Positions 62,939 to 64,000 of a stretch of DNA of 64,000 bases are shown in pieces. The position numbers and the translations under genes are program-made. Source of the DNA: Antedon mediterranea (Eukaryota; Animalia; Echinodermata). Each line of letters begins with the position of its first letter. The stretch's first letter is position 1. The notes under the pieces were generated by a model. It had not been told where the DNA came from. It did not search any database and was given only the letters and a program-made list of their open reading frames with translations. The stretch is from the NCBI RefSeq assembly GCF_964355755.1, contig NC_092672.1, positions 10,354,001 to 10,418,000 of the forward strand, read 5' to 3'.

Positions 62939-64000
62939 AAAGTTGATAATAAGCTCGTTTGTTTTTTAAGTACAGTATTTACAAAGGTCAGTGCGAACAA
63001 CATAGGAAGCTGAGGATTTACAAGTAGTTTTCAATTAATGGTGATTATTGATGATGGCTTTGTGTGAAAACTGAAAGAGACAGGCTAACAATGTTTGAAA
63101 ATAATATGCAAATACAGTACTGTAATTAATTGTTCAATGTTTTTGAACATTTTCAAGTAAAAAATAAATGGAATGGAAAATTAAGTCCGGCAAAAAAAAG
63201 TACTGTAGGCCTACCAAACATGAATTTGCATTAAAATTGTTTTGTGAGATTAGAATGAACTTAAATAATGATTCAATTTCTTATGTTTCTGAGTCTGTGT
63301 CAATTTAAAAGTGATAGACCTACCTGGAAATCAATGCATGTCGATGACCAAATAAAAATTTGCTTTTTGAGAGAGGAACAAATAAAGAAAATAAAATTAA
63401 AAATCTGCCCTCCCATCAGAGGTGATGCTTAAAACAAATATATTTTATGGCCTAATAATAGAAAACTCAAAATTATTTAAATGAAAAAACTATAATTCAA
63501 GTCAAGTCAAATTGTTTTTGGTTGAATTTATTCCGTTTAATGTTTTTTTACAAAATGTGTACCATTATTTTTTAGTTTATTTTTTCTACGGACAAGTGAT
63601 TAACTTGATTAAAACTGCGTAATAACCTATTATTATTAGTCTTTTTTTATTAATTAATATTTATTTTTCATGTTTTGTTTTGTTTTGTTGCGGAGGGACA
63701 GTACATCTTTAATTACTTGCCATGTTTTGCACATAGTAAATGGAAATTATTATGATTATGAATGAATTAGGTCTGTATAAGGAATCAATATTTTCTTATT
63801 TATTTCTTTATAGAGCTTTTGTTACACTAACAGTAAGTGACATGTTTTGAGTTTTAATCAATAACATTTATAATATTTTTATTATGCCTTCCAATGACGT
63901 CATATTAATATTATACACAAAAATATGTTACAATCAAATTTACGTCGGATCCTAGAGCCACTGTTGTTACCAAGGCAATGCAGAAATACGAGACTAAATT

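Noticed and set aside
2216-63712. Giant transposon bounded by TTAA-AGATGTATTGCCCC (2216) and GGGACAGTACATCT-TTAA (63712)
   Set aside because: Both sites share internal sequence in the same orientation (ttttctacgg..agtgattaactt), so they are independent partial copies of one small TTAA-flanked (Kolobok-like) family. The ends also lie in introns of two different genes.

Overview
AT-rich animal genomic DNA with GT-AG introns, probably an invertebrate deuterostome such as an echinoderm (the taxon is an inference). There are three genes. (1) The 3' 17 coding exons (517 aa) of an M13 neprilysin/ECE-like zinc peptidase lie on + (290-9257), with intact VNAFY, HEITH, GENIAD and HSP motifs. (2) A complete 5-exon Wnt4 lies on - (50300-13134, 360 aa), convergent with the peptidase and with 23.4-kb and 9.3-kb introns. 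(3) The first coding exon of a PDE9A-like phosphodiesterase lies on + (61141-61234). The non-coding space holds a non-autonomous Helitron, an 819-bp foldback element with TATGG/CCATA ends and a 6-bp TSD (IS3EU-like), a Harbinger MITE, two short MITE families, HINE-like elements, a tRNA/CORE-like SINE, a 5S-derived SINE-like element, several minisatellites and a 2.5-kb G-rich tandem array. The most notable item is a minimal hammerhead ribozyme motif (27252-27288), sense to the Wnt4 pre-mRNA, in a Penelope-like LTR remnant that the foldback element interrupts. Most ORFs in the supplied track are spurious.
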